Shown here piece by piece: positions 51,101 through 62,180 of a DNA stretch of 64,000 nt. Both the position numbers and the translations under genes were made by a program. The first letter of the stretch is position 1; every line of letters starts with the position of its first letter. Origin of the DNA: Psammoneis japonica (Eukaryota); the NCBI GenBank assembly GCA_008632985.1, contig QPGO01000076.1, positions 62,001 to 126,000 on the forward strand. The letters run 5' to 3'. A model generated the notes under the pieces. The model was not told the origin of the DNA. It ran no database searches and saw only the letters and a program-made list of their open reading frames with translations.

Positions 51101-51950
51101 GCTCAAACTGTTTGTTTTGCACACTCTTGGCATCATCCGTCAAACAGTGAGAAAAAGCACACGCGCGTGCTTCAAAACACGCCTGCACTCCACCAATTGT
51201 TCATTGGCCGTCTTGAGAAATTCCACATGTTGGTTCACTTGGCATCTAAATTGGATTCTTGCAACAAATCCATGCATTGTTCTGTTTCACGCAACTGCTT
51301 CATGGCAAAGGCTTTGCGCTTTGGCGCGCACACAATGGCGCTTGCGGCAGCGCAGCAGACACCGACCCAACTCTCGCTTGGCCCAGGCCGCATCCGATGG
51401 ATCGTTGGGGCAAACTTGTTGTGCTTGCGCAGCAATGTAGACACCCATGTTGGCACCGCATGGTCCTTCCAATCACCAGCACACATTCAATGACATTCGT
51501 GCCGACAAGGCTGGCTTGCTGACGTGGCAGTTTTTTGAATCAAATCCTTCGCCACCATGCGTGAAAGCTCATTTGCACTTTGAGCATGTTGGCGCCGTTC
51601 CACAGCAGAGCAGCAGTCACAATGAGGATGAAATGGCAAAAGGATGTTGTTTGCCATGACACGTGGACGTTTCATCATGGCAATCTCTCCGAAAAAATGA
51701 GAAATGAGAAATGATGGAGGGTGCGCGATCCGATCATGTTGAAGTTGAAGAACAGCTCAATGAGGCAAAACACTCCCATTGTGGAAAGGACTGCAAGACG
51801 CTCATGACTTAAGTCAGTCACGAACGCTCGTCGTCACTCATTTTTTGTGCCGCCGACAAAAAAAATCTTTCGTGCGATTTGTTGCATTTTCAAAATTCGC
51901 CAGCATCATTCTCACTTCCCACTCAACACCAATCAATCAAGTTGCCATAA
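45160..51950. other. TpA- and CpG-depleted block of unidentified decayed repeats
   Basis: Near-absence of TA over about 6.8 kb, with only spurious Cys/His-rich ORFs. CpG is partly retained towards the right edge (51.2-51.9 kb). Confidence 0.85.
47980..48835. repeat. Direct duplication of about 340 bp, period about 523 bp
   Basis: cagcatggttgc.tgctgttgtgcactggccc.atgttgccttgttgtccccaacaagtcagtgcagac occurs at about 47982 and 48506. Confidence 0.92.
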
Positions 51951-51985
51951 AAAACAACAACAACGAAACAAAAACAAAGAATAAC

Positions 51986-54223
51986 ATGTTGTCTATTCGA
52001 TACCTGGATGATCCTCTAAAGGATTCGTTATTGTCTGGCAATCACAAGGGACAGAATGTTGTACCGGTTCATTCATGTCTTGCTCACGTGCAAGTATCGA
52101 TTCAGGCCTTGTTTTCTGCTGCCGACGATGCTTCTTCTCAACTTGCCGCCTTGGACGAAGACGCAAATGCAACTCGGATTGCACTTTCGGATTATGTGGC
52201 ACGTTGTATTCTCAATCTTCAAGCACAACAACAGCAACAGCAAGCAGAGTCGTCATCCGTTTTCGCTTCGGTTCAACTGTTGGACCAGTGCACCGCCAAG
52301 ACCCGACGCAGTAACAGCAACAGCAAGACATCAAGGACCAAGGTTGTACCGTATCCTCCGTATATTCTCCAACGCAGTGATGTATGGTGCAGTGAGTCTC
52401 ATTTGCATGCCGTAGTGCGTGTGGTGGTTCAACGAGATAGTACTAATATTACGAGCAACGGTAGCGATGCCATGGACGTGGAGGTCAATGGCGATTGTCA
52501 GAATTTCTACAATTCTCATGTCGAGCATGCGACAAATTCCTTTTTCAAGACTCTGTTTGGTGCTGCCTCATTGTTTGTCGACGGAGCTTTGCGTCACGTG
52601 GCTTGTGCGGTGTTGCAACAACGGGCCCGGTTGCAATTGTCCAACAACATGGACGCGGTTGCCTTTATTGCCGATGGAGCCATTTTGCCACGCAAAAGTG
52701 GAGCCAGCAGTGCACCCATGAAGAGTCCGCCAGCCGTTCCGTTTGCGGCTCCTCCCAACAGTTCCATGAGTAACAAGGAATTGGTGGTGGAAATGGGTGC
52801 CTTGTATCCGTACACCTCAAGACAACCGGGAGCAACCGCAGCTGCAAACCAAGAACAAGAAACGGCATCCAGTACCAAAGTCAAACTCACGGGTCTCTGT
52901 ATTCCAACAGGCATTACACTCATTTGTGGTGGAGGGTACCATGGCAAGGTATGTTACAAAAATTATCATGTATTTGTATTATTGTTTTGCTTGATTTTAT
53001 ATGTTGCAAACCGCCGCCATTTCACATTTCGTCGCTTTATACAGTCCACCATGCTTCGTACCATTTCAGCAGGAGTCTACGACAAGATTCCTGGAGATGG
53101 CCGCGAATTTTGTGTAACCGTCTACAATGCAGTTTCGGTTCGAGCCGAAGACGGACGATACATTAACAATTGCAACATTAGCGCATTCATCTCCAACCTG
53201 CCAAAACTACCCGGAATCGATTCTACCGCGACAACGACACATTTTGGAACCAAAGAGGCGTCGGGATCCACATCACAAGCTGCCAATGTCTCGGAAGCCA
53301 TCGAAATGGGTGCCACGGCACTCTTGGTGGATGAAGATGTCAGTGCTGCCAATTTCATGGCGCGGGATGGGAGAATGAGAGCACTCGTCATGGATGAAAG
53401 TATTACTCCACTCTTGTATAGAGTCAATGGACTCTTTCAGTTCCACGGTGTATCGTCCGTCGTTGTGGTTGGTGGTGTAGGAGATTGGTTGGATGTGCAG
53501 GATCATGTTGTGCTATTGGACAAGTATGTCGCCTCGGACGCTACGGAAAAGGCCAGGTCCATTAGTTATCAATTCTCCTATGGACATGTGCAGTATGCGG
53601 GTCGTGGTGTCGTTCATCGATTGCCGTGGGATAAAGGCGGCAGTCCGTTGCGGAGACGACCGGCGGATTCCTTTATTCGTCAATTTACAAACGACTCTGT
53701 GATTTCCATTCTCGACGGAGGAAGCTCGCTGTCCTTGTTGGGTGAAACCGATAGCGAATTGCAACAAGACGATGACGAGCATCTTGGTTTGATTGACATG
53801 TCACGTTGTGAGCAGCTCTCGGGAAACAAATCACAATTGTTTGGTTGTGGTGTTTGCGTCAAGTGGTTGCTTTCAAAAGCACAACAAGATCCCAGCTTGT
53901 CGCTCTGTGAGTTGCTTGATAAGATGGAAGAAACATTGAATCAACCCGATGGAATGCTTCAAATGTTTGCATCGTCTACCGAATCGTTTGATTCTACGGA
54001 TCCGTCTTGGCAAAACATGGCAGAGTCGGTCGGTTGTATTTTGCGTCCACGAAAGCACGAAGTTGCCATGGCACTGTTGCGAATGAGGGGTGGCAGCTTT
54101 GAGGAACTTCCTGTCCACGATGATGGTGCTGAAGCAGAAGCAGCTCGCGAGGAAGAACGGAAAAAGAGAGAATTAATGGAAATGTGGAACTCGCGACGCA
54201 AGTCGAGGCCTGCTTATGGGTAA
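51986..54223 (+). CDS. Predicted ATPase of the ABC class (ABC_ATPase / PF09818-like), 2 exons
   Basis: AFIADGAILPRKSG, GITLICGGGYHGK|ST, IPGDGRE, RAEDGR, ASGSTSQAA and LLVDED motifs. An in-frame 96-bp GT-AG intron at 52949-53044 splits Walker A. Confidence 0.9.
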   Translation: MLSIRYLDDPLKDSLLSGNHKGQNVVPVHSCLAHVQVSIQALFSAADDASSQLAALDEDANATRIALSDYVARCILNLQAQQQQQQAESSSVFASVQLLDQCTAKTRRSNSNSKTSRTKVVPYPPYILQRSDVWCSESHLHAVVRVVVQRDSTNITSNGSDAMDVEVNGDCQNFYNSHVEHATNSFFKTLFGAASLFVDGALRHVACAVLQQRARLQLSNNMDAVAFIADGAILPRKSGASSAPMKSPPAVPFAAPPNSSMSNKELVVEMGALYPYTSRQPGATAAANQEQETASSTKVKLTGLCIPTGITLICGGGYHGKVCYKNYHVFVLLFCLILYVANRRHFTFRRFIQSTMLRTISAGVYDKIPGDGREFCVTVYNAVSVRAEDGRYINNCNISAFISNLPKLPGIDSTATTTHFGTKEASGSTSQAANVSEAIEMGATALLVDEDVSAANFMARDGRMRALVMDESITPLLYRVNGLFQFHGVSSVVVVGGVGDWLDVQDHVVLLDKYVASDATEKARSISYQFSYGHVQYAGRGVVHRLPWDKGGSPLRRRPADSFIRQFTNDSVISILDGGSSLSLLGETDSELQQDDDEHLGLIDMSRCEQLSGNKSQLFGCGVCVKWLLSKAQQDPSLSLCELLDKMEETLNQPDGMLQMFASSTESFDSTDPSWQNMAESVGCILRPRKHEVAMALLRMRGGSFEELPVHDDGAEAEAAREEERKKRELMEMWNSRRKSRPAYG

Positions 54224-54327
54224 ACTACCGTATTGTAATGTCTCTCTAGTGAGAGTGATCTGAAACAGTTTTTGCTAACACAACGCTTTAGAGCACCACT
54301 ATGCTTCTAAATTGATAGATTACCCCA

Positions 54328-54815
54328 CTATCGCACCGATCTGAATATTGTTTTCCCCAGGATGTTGTCCATCGAAAATGCTTTCTTAACGTTGTGCCTT
54401 AGAGAAATCACGCGCATTTCTCTCTTTTCTTCCTTGGTACTGACTGACTCCTCTGGCTGTGTTGAAATTGGCAACACTTCTTTTAGTGGAGCGGCAAAGT
54501 CTGCATCTGTCAAACCGCCGGCCTTCAAAATCCTCTTCCTTGTAACGGACGACAGCTTGAAGATTGGCTTGCGCACTCTCGTTTCTTCATACTCATCAAC
54601 AGCAACTGATTCGAGAGTCTTGTAGTCCCACCCAATGGCAAGACACGGCCCAATTCTACAATCAGGATGATCACCAACCGCCCTAACATATTCTCGAACA
54701 GTTACGCTGCCAAACGTAACTCGTCGTTGGGTAGACGGGCGTTTTCTGACATGTCGGTTTTGCTTCCGTCGTAATTGCTAAACTTCCATTGTCCTTTTTG
54801 ACTTGTGCTGTCATG
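54328..54815 (-). CDS. Small hypothetical protein with RVxF motif (RVTFGSVTVREYVRAVGDHPDC..GPCLAIGWDY)
   Basis: Open frame from about 54777 to the stop at 54328 contains a motif typical of a diatom-expanded family. The start requires a frameshift or intron. Confidence 0.6.
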
Positions 54816-55130
54816 AGATGTTGTTCGTGGTTGAGTTGAATCATGGTTTGTATTTTTGTGTCGACGTGTTGTAAAACATAGTGTCCGTCGACAAGCAATC
54901 TCATGATGGGAAGTGGAAAGAATATTCGCGACCAAACGGCTCGCGAAGCAAAAAAATGAGGTGAAAGTGGTGGCGGGAATTCTTGAGAACAAGGCGTAGA
55001 AATGTACCAGAAGATCCGTAGAGCTACGTGTTTTTGTCACGTAGCCGCTCAGTACACAAAAGCTGCATGAAAGATCGCGCGTGACTCATCACTCGTGAAG
55101 CGCCTCCGTGACCCGTGACTGAGCGCTGAG

Positions 55131-55292
55131 TGCAAGGTTTAACGAGATAAAGACTTCAGTGATAACAAAATTGTGAGCGAAAGACCGAGGTAACGAGGGT
55201 CGCTTTCAGCGAAGCCCGTTACAACGGCTTCCGTTATATCTAATAGGTTCATTAATACTATATATCAGAAAAATAAGGTGCGAGACACTGCA
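55131..55292 (-). repeat. 3' LTR (162 bp)
   Basis: Identical to 60347-60508 by eye. Preceded on the minus strand by PPT GGAAGGGAAGAG (55293-55304). Confidence 0.95.
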
Positions 55293-55395
55293 CTCTTCCC
55301 TTCCATGATTCGAGTGTCGCGGGACTCAAAAAATTTAAATTCCAATGGATGAGGATAGAAGGGAAACCCAAATGTTGGGGAGAAAACCCTTAACC

Positions 55396-58300
55396 TCAGG
55401 TACGATACGGGACGACGCGACGAATATTCAATCGTTCCGTTACATGAGGTGCACGTTGGACCGCAATCGTGCCGTTGGCGTGTGCTTGAACGACAGGATG
55501 TGGACCGTGAGCTCGTGGCTCGAGCTTGGTTGGGTCGATGGCCTTGAGTAGAACGTGTCCACCAACTTGAAAATCGTAGGACCGGCGTTTAGCGTTGGCT
55601 CGACGGAGATTCGCATTGACAATCGCTTGTCGGTGTTCTTGAATGGCAGCAAGATCGGCCAGGACCGGCAAGTCAAGAATCATGTCACGTTGAAAAACCA
55701 TGGCACCGGGTGAAATCTTGAGAGCACGAGAAACCGCACATCGCATTGCATGCATGGCGGTTGCCAATGCATTGTCCACTAGTTGATTGGCCTGCTCAAC
55801 ATTCTGTGGAGGACAAACATGAAGCAAAGTGCGCAAGACATTTCCAACAGTTTGATGCATGCGTTCGCATGCCGCATTGGCTTGTGGGTTTCGCGACGTG
55901 GTTGGAGCGTCTTCCACTCCTGCTCGTTGCAGCAACAATTGAAAGTCCTCTCCAATGAATTCTCCACCATTGTCATGGATGCACCGGTTCGGACGAGGAC
56001 AACGAGACAACCAACAATTTTCAAATTGTTGAGCAATGTGAGATGAGGTTTTGTTGTCGATGCGAATAAGTTCAGTCACATTCGAAACGGTGTCAACACA
56101 AGTCAAAGCGTTGAATTCGATTTCATGGTTTTGAATTTCAATTTTCCAGGGACCAATGAGGTCAACCGCAACTTCTGTCCATGGCAACAAAGGCGCTTCC
56201 CGTTCAGGCAGGTCCCCATGTCCAGGGCCCAAAGTTTTCAAACGTTGACAATTGGCACAATGAAATCTTTCACAGGATTGACGAAGGGCAGGATGACAGA
56301 AATGTGCGCCAATGGTGGAATGCATTCGGTGCACTCCTGCATGTCCCAAAATTCTGTGACACCATCGCATGACATCATGCAGCAACGCCGTTGGAACACA
56401 AATTTTCCACGCAGTCGGAGGATCATTCGGTCGAGCACGACAACAAATTGCAGGACGCTGATTCACATGTTCCACCATGAAGCGTTCTGGACATTGTTGT
56501 CGCATGTTGTTCAGCTCCACGTCGATGAATTGGTGTTCTTGAATTCGTTGCACAGTTGCAGGGTTTTGCATTTCCTCGAGAGAAGGACAGTTCAAAAATG
56601 ATTCACACAATTCGGGGTCATCCACGACGGAAGAGTAAAATGGAGATGGTTCTTCACGACGACAGGAAAAACAAGACACACTGTTTTGGTCGTCCAGTTC
56701 TTCTTCATGCGGCAGCATGGCAGGGTTGATGGTTTTAAAATCAATCAGTTTGCCCTTGTTAGGAGCACACTTCCCTTCCGCAGGAGGGTCCACACGCGGC
56801 AATCTTGAAAAACAATCCGCCAAGAGATTGTCTTTGCCATCAACGCATTCAAAAGTTGGGGCAAAATCTTCCAAGAAGAGTCGCCACCTAAGAACTCGTT
56901 GAGAATTGAGCGTGCGAAAGGTGAGATTTTTATGATCCGTAAAAACAGTGCAGTCAGCTCCAAATGACATGCTTCGGAATTCTTTGAAACACATTGCCAC
57001 CGCCAACAATTCTTTGTCAATCGCAGAGCAGTTCTGTTGTGCTGCGCTGAGTTTTCGGGACCAGCAAGCTGCTGGTTTCCCGTCTTGCACAATTACGGCT
57101 CCCATCTGACAGTCTGAAGAGTCAGCACAAACATGGAATGGCTTGTTGTGATTCGGGCAGACCCAAAGGGTGTCGTCCAGCATCAAGGTTTTCATGTCTT
57201 CAAAGGCTCGTTGACATTCAGGAGTCCATTCCAACTTGCTCTTGCCTGTTAACTTCGTGAGTGGAGCGAGCACGTGTGAACGACGAGGCCACATGTTGCG
57301 ATGACATGTCACTGCACCGACAAACGATCGTAGTTGCGTCACAGTTTTAGGTGGTTGCATTCGTAGCACCGCTTCCACTTTCTTCTTCCACGGTCGGACT
57401 CCTGCAGGCGTGAGCCAATGGCCCAAAAAATCCGTCTCTTGGACACACCATTCACACTTGAGTGGGTTAATTTTTAGATTGTTCTCTTCTAGTCTGGACA
57501 ACAGCTCATCGAGTCGACGCATGTGAGTGTCAAACGAATCATCAAATTGAGCAATGTCATCAATGTAAGTTTCAACATCGATTCCTTTTACCACTTTTTC
57601 AATGATGGCTTGAGCAATGTCAGGAGAGGTTTTCAAACCCATGGCCAATCGACAACATCGAAATTTTCCAAACGGAGCAACAACAGCACACAAATCCTTG
57701 GATTCTTCGTCAAGCTCGACATGACAATAAAACACAGTGAGGTCCAACTTGGTCAAGCACTTGCATCCCGAGCGTCGGTGAATGACGTCTTGAACAATCG
57801 GCAGAGGGTGGACCTTTCGTTTGAGTGCCTTGTTCAACTCTCGAAAATCGGACACCCATCGAACTCGTCCATCCTTTTTGGGAGTTGCAAAAGTTCTGGC
57901 TGCCCATTCAGTTGGTCCCACTGGCTCTAATGCGCCAATGTCACATGGATGTTGCAATTCTTTCTTAAAAACGGCTTCATCCCTCTTGGGTGCTTCGCAA
58001 GCCTTAGAATGGAAGGGAACAGCGTTGGGATCAACTTCCAAGTGAACAGTCTCATGCGGACATTTGCCAAGCGTTCCATCAAAGAGGGTTTCATGTTTTT
58101 CAAGCACCGCCTGCAGCTCATCACGTTGCTCTTGAGTCAAGTGAGTTTGAGCTTGCGCCACTTTCGCGGATGGCACTTTCTCGCATTTGGCGTCCATCAT
58201 AAAAGATTGTCCGAAGGCTCCCTCATCGTCTTCGTCCTCTCCGTCGTCTTCCAGTGTATCCAACCAATTCTGAACTGAGTTCCAATGATTGGATTGCTTC

Positions 58301-58650
58301 ATTGGGATCGACGTTTCCAACCACTTTGTTGTTCCAAATCGAAAATCAAGTGCGATTCCGGCTTTCGACAAAAAGTCTTGTCCCAAAATTAAATCACACT
58401 TGCATGGGGCATCAAAAACTTGAGCCGCAATGCTGTCGACTTGTTTTGACTTGTCAAATTCTGGCAATGTCAAGTCCTTCATAACAACGTATCGGGAGGA
58501 TTCATGTCATCCGGCTGCCGTCTGAAAGCTCAACCGTCCTTCATCGTTCATGGTTGGATTCGCTCCCTTCGGCAAAACTCGAGAATGAACAAGAGTGTCA
58601 GTGCCTCCTGAATCCAATGGCACTCGTGACACTCGCTTGCTCTCTTGATT
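55396..58650 (-). CDS. Gypsy pol (PR-RT-RNaseH-IN), hypermutated
   Basis: 1028-aa open frame at 55396-58482 with PKKDGRVRWVSDFRELNK, YIDD, TDHKNL, VAVDLIGP, HDNGGEF and NPQAN motifs. The protease start at 58500-58650 is in shifted frames. Confidence 0.92.
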
Positions 58651-58891
58651 TTTGAATGGCACGCGCCGCCATCAACGTCGTTGGCACCACATTCAATGGT
58701 TTGGGAGTCACAGTTTTAGGGGTTGGCACAGCGCACTCCAAAACGCCGCCCAATTTTTCTTCATTCACAGCATGAGATTCCATCAGGTCTCCCACATTGT
58801 CACCAACATTAAAACACATGTTTTCTTCACGATCACACGAAACATAAAAAGATTGAGCGACACGCTCTGACTCGGGCACTTCCGTCCCTTG

Positions 58892-60136
58892 TCAATTACG
58901 CCAACTTCGTTGGCCTTGATGGGTGCGACCGTTCTGATCGCATCCATTTCCACCTCGCATCTCACGAGGCCCTCCTTGATCAAAATGGTGCGACTCCAAT
59001 TGCCAGCCACCAGGAGGAGCTGCTCCAGCCGGATTTCCATAGCCTTGGGTGTCACCGTTGGCTTGGGTGCCGTTTTGATTTTGGCAATAGGATCCATTCC
59101 CTTGAGAATTCTGGGAGTTGTTACAATTGCCGTAACCTCGGCCTCCACATCCTCCTTGATTGCCACAATTGCCACGTCCTCGACCTTGGAAGTTGCTGCG
59201 ACCGCCTCGACCTTGGGGTCCTCTGCCTTGGCAGTTTCCTCGGCCTCCACCACGACCTCCGCTACGACCACCACGGTCGGACCTCGGTCGACAGTTTTGG
59301 CTTTCTGGATTCAAAGTGCAATCCTTCCACTTGTGGTCATGATTCGCACGCACCGGGCATCTAAATTCTGGATCCGTTCTGCCACCATTGCCACGAGAGT
59401 GTCTTGAAGCTTGAGACGAAGCACCATTGCTTTTCCTCTTCTTGTCCTGCTTCTTGTTGCCACTCTTGTCAGCAAAAGATTTCTCGTTGTTCATGTGGCC
59501 AATGATCTCAGCGAGAGCATCGTTCGCTGTCGCTCGTCCTGCTCGAGTGTGCATCTCACGCCACGGACGAGGAAAGCCATCGAACATCATCTTTTTCTTC
59601 TGAGCTTCGTTGACTTGAGGAGCATTTCCTGGAAGTTTGTTGGAGTGCCGAATCAAGGTTTCCATGCGATCTGCACGCGCCTGCACTTCAGATTTGAATG
59701 GTTTTTTCAAAGTTAGGAAACATTCAATCATCGTATCACGCGCTTCATTGTCACAATAAGACAAGTAAAAACGATTGATTTCCTGATCAAAACGCTCGAC
59801 AGTTTTATCGGCATCGTCAATTGCATTGGTCAAGTTCGCCCACTTGTCCTCTGCAGCATCCGCAAGCACTTCCTCGAAATTTTCGAACAATTCCTCGCCA
59901 GTGGTGTACTCCAATTTCACAGCGATTTTACGAAAACGATCCTCAACGAATGACAATGCTTCAATACCATGAGTGCCATCAAAACGCGGACACTTTTTTG
60001 TACGAGTGCCACCGTCATCATGCGATTGGGTCAATTTCACTTCCTCCAAGTCAGAATGCTCAAATTTAGCTTCATAGCTAATGCAAGGCTCCTTCAACGA
60101 TTCACTCATCATGAAAAAGGGAATACAATTGTTCAA
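58892..60136 (-). CDS. Gypsy gag
   Basis: 414-aa ORF just inside the 5' LTR, with a CPVR..HDHKWKDC zinc-knuckle-like motif and a Gly/Arg-rich tail. Confidence 0.85.
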   Translation of the reverse strand: MNNCIPFFMMSESLKEPCISYEAKFEHSDLEEVKLTQSHDDGGTRTKKCPRFDGTHGIEALSFVEDRFRKIAVKLEYTTGEELFENFEEVLADAAEDKWANLTNAIDDADKTVERFDQEINRFYLSYCDNEARDTMIECFLTLKKPFKSEVQARADRMETLIRHSNKLPGNAPQVNEAQKKKMMFDGFPRPWREMHTRAGRATANDALAEIIGHMNNEKSFADKSGNKKQDKKRKSNGASSQASRHSRGNGGRTDPEFRCPVRANHDHKWKDCTLNPESQNCRPRSDRGGRSGGRGGGRGNCQGRGPQGRGGRSNFQGRGRGNCGNQGGCGGRGYGNCNNSQNSQGNGSYCQNQNGTQANGDTQGYGNPAGAAPPGGWQLESHHFDQGGPREMRGGNGCDQNGRTHQGQRSWRN

Positions 60137-60346
60137 TAGTCCTCTCCAGGGACTCTACCTTTGACTCCAAATGATGCACTCGGCTCGCCAAATTCTGTTC
60201 GTGTCGTTTACGTTGTTGCACTTGTTTCTGGTGCTCAATAGCCCAAACTGCTGCTCTTGCGCGTAGTTCTCTTTTCTCACGTTTAGTCAATTTGTTTGTA
60301 TTATTCCTAGTCTCCATCCAGTTCTTTAAATCGACTGTAATTACAG

Positions 60347-60508
60347 TGCAAGGTTTAACGAGATAAAGACTTCAGTGATAACAAAATTGTGAGCGAAAGA
60401 CCGAGGTAACGAGGGTCGCTTTCAGCGAAGCCCGTTACAACGGCTTCCGTTATATCTAATAGGTTCATTAATACTATATATCAGAAAAATAAGGTGCGAG
60501 ACACTGCA
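60347..60508 (-). repeat. 5' LTR (162 bp)
   Basis: Identical to 55131-55292. Confidence 0.95.
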
Positions 60509-60660
60509 CTGTGCGCTGTGAGACACGGGGGTTGGAGCAAAGTGTGTTGCTCAACAAGAGGTCGCGAAGCTGTTTGAACAACGAAATCCCTGCCAAGTCA
60601 TCTTATATACACGGCTATAGCAAAGGGGCAAGCGGTGAAAACGCCACCACAAGCTGCCTC

Positions 60661-61188
60661 ATGAGCACAGACGGCAAAAATGCGGCAAGCTACGAGCGCG
60701 TTCAAGAATGCATGGCTCCAAAGGACTCGCTGTTGAAAAAACATGCGAATCAATATCCAAATGCCAGCTTTGATTGCTTTCAGCTAGAATTTGAAAGTCA
60801 AAAGGAACAGCGACCGAATGTATCATTGTTTGCATCGTCCTTTTTCAGCTCTCCTGCCTTTCAGTTTGAGTCATATCTTCTCAAGGGAGTGTCGTATCTT
60901 TATCCCCGAAAAGTAAAAGATTACGAAAAGGCGTTTGGATCAGGCTTTTTCAGAGTTGTCGACGAAACTTCGAATGAAATCATTATGGATTCGGGGCCTA
61001 CAATGACCTGGTTGGCAACGCACCAAGCACTTGATGCCAACAACAGCAATACAATCAATTACCGACTAGGATCCATTGTAAAAGAGCCTGGTTTTCTTTC
61101 TGGCACTCTCATGGGCTTTCATACATGGTACTCAAAGAAGCTGTTGGTTTCAGGAGTAACGAAGCACACGGAACAAAAGAAAGACTAG
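60661..61188 (+). CDS. Hypothetical protein
   Basis: Open frame with ordinary composition. Motifs FFSSPAFQFESYLL and MGFHTWYSKKLL look protein-like. No family recognised. Confidence 0.55.
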   Translation: MSTDGKNAASYERVQECMAPKDSLLKKHANQYPNASFDCFQLEFESQKEQRPNVSLFASSFFSSPAFQFESYLLKGVSYLYPRKVKDYEKAFGSGFFRVVDETSNEIIMDSGPTMTWLATHQALDANNSNTINYRLGSIVKEPGFLSGTLMGFHTWYSKKLLVSGVTKHTEQKKD

Positions 61189-61418
61189 AGTTGAATAGGC
61201 GTTCCAAAGATCCGCCGGAGACAGTATTTTCAATATGATCTATTTTAGGCGTTAGTGCTTCGCGCTTTCGAATACTGTTATATTTTATATTTACCTTTAG
61301 TAACGTATACAAATCTCGCCACTTTCCACTTGGAAGCTTCCTCATTTCTCAACAGATGATACCCATCAGCGCCTTTACAACAATCACAACGCTGCGACGT
61401 GGTATATAACTGTCCATA

Positions 61419-62180
61419 ATGAGGTATACCCATGTTTTGCTAGCTGTATGCCTATTGGCATATGCCTCTGTTGTTACAGAGGCGGTTCGAGGAACAGATT
61501 TTCTTCGTCATGACATGGATGTCGATTACGAAGGTGCGGAACGAGGAGCTCGAGTAGGCATGTCACTCGCCATGGATTTGATGCGTAAACACCCGTGGCA
61601 ATTGCAGCCCTGTGATTTGTCCAACATAAAGGATCGAGCTCTACGAAAGCACGTACACAGTATTCTCAAAGACAAGCCAGTGGACCTTGTTTTGACAGGA
61701 ACACCAATCAGAGGCAAAGAAGGTGGGTTTCGAGCAAGGGCCACAACGGCAGAAAAGAAGAAAGTGCGAGCGCGATGGGCCGGTAGTAGTCAAACCATGG
61801 GTGTTACAAAGAATTGGGATAATGTCGATCCCTTATCGGACTCTTATGATGATGTTTTGCGCAGCTACAATGCAGATAACGTTGTGGAGTTGGAGCTCAA
61901 GTTGCCACCTGTCAAGGGATCATCAGAGTTGCCTACACTTGTCTACTCGGTCGTCATGGGTCTCGGTGTGCTCAATCCCGATGCTGCCGTTACGCGTGCT
62001 CCAGCCAAGGTTTCACTCTACCCAAAGGGCCGACCGGAATACCCTGGCCAAAATAAAGAAGTTATCCAATTGGGTAGCTCGTATGCGACCAATCCCTTTC
62101 AAGGAAATGGACTTGTGGACGCGCAATGGGCTAAAGGTCGTGCGTTCTTTAGAAGGGGACGGTCTGTAGGGCAAATCTAA
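61419..62180 (+). CDS. Hypothetical secreted protein (253 aa)
   Basis: ATG-initiated ORF with signal peptide MRYTHVLLAVCLLAYASVVTEA. Confidence 0.75.
   Translation: MRYTHVLLAVCLLAYASVVTEAVRGTDFLRHDMDVDYEGAERGARVGMSLAMDLMRKHPWQLQPCDLSNIKDRALRKHVHSILKDKPVDLVLTGTPIRGKEGGFRARATTAEKKKVRARWAGSSQTMGVTKNWDNVDPLSDSYDDVLRSYNADNVVELELKLPPVKGSSELPTLVYSVVMGLGVLNPDAAVTRAPAKVSLYPKGRPEYPGQNKEVIQLGSSYATNPFQGNGLVDAQWAKGRAFFRRGRSVGQI

Larger units (their letters stand above)
55131..60508 (-). mobile_element. Full-length Ty3/Gypsy LTR retrotransposon
   Basis: Identical 162-bp TG...CA LTRs, a polypurine tract, gag, protease (LDSG), RT (YIDD), RNase H and integrase in Gypsy order. Imperfect 5-bp target duplication CTGAG/CTGTG. 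Confidence 0.97.

Noticed and set aside
45160..51950. Numerous Cys/His-rich ORFs as zinc-finger or metallothionein genes
   Set aside because: They overlap in all six frames. They follow from loss of TAA/TAG stops and TG/CA enrichment.
51779..51985. N-terminal extension of the 814-aa ORF
   Set aside because: It starts at a non-ATG codon in TA-depleted, A-rich leader sequence. ATG 51986 is more plausible.
55396..58482. Alternative genetic code or codon reassignment for Tyr
   Set aside because: Host genes use TAT/TAC normally, and non-Tyr changes (Ile->Val, Thr->Ala, Val->Ala, Leu->Pro) follow the same TA rule.
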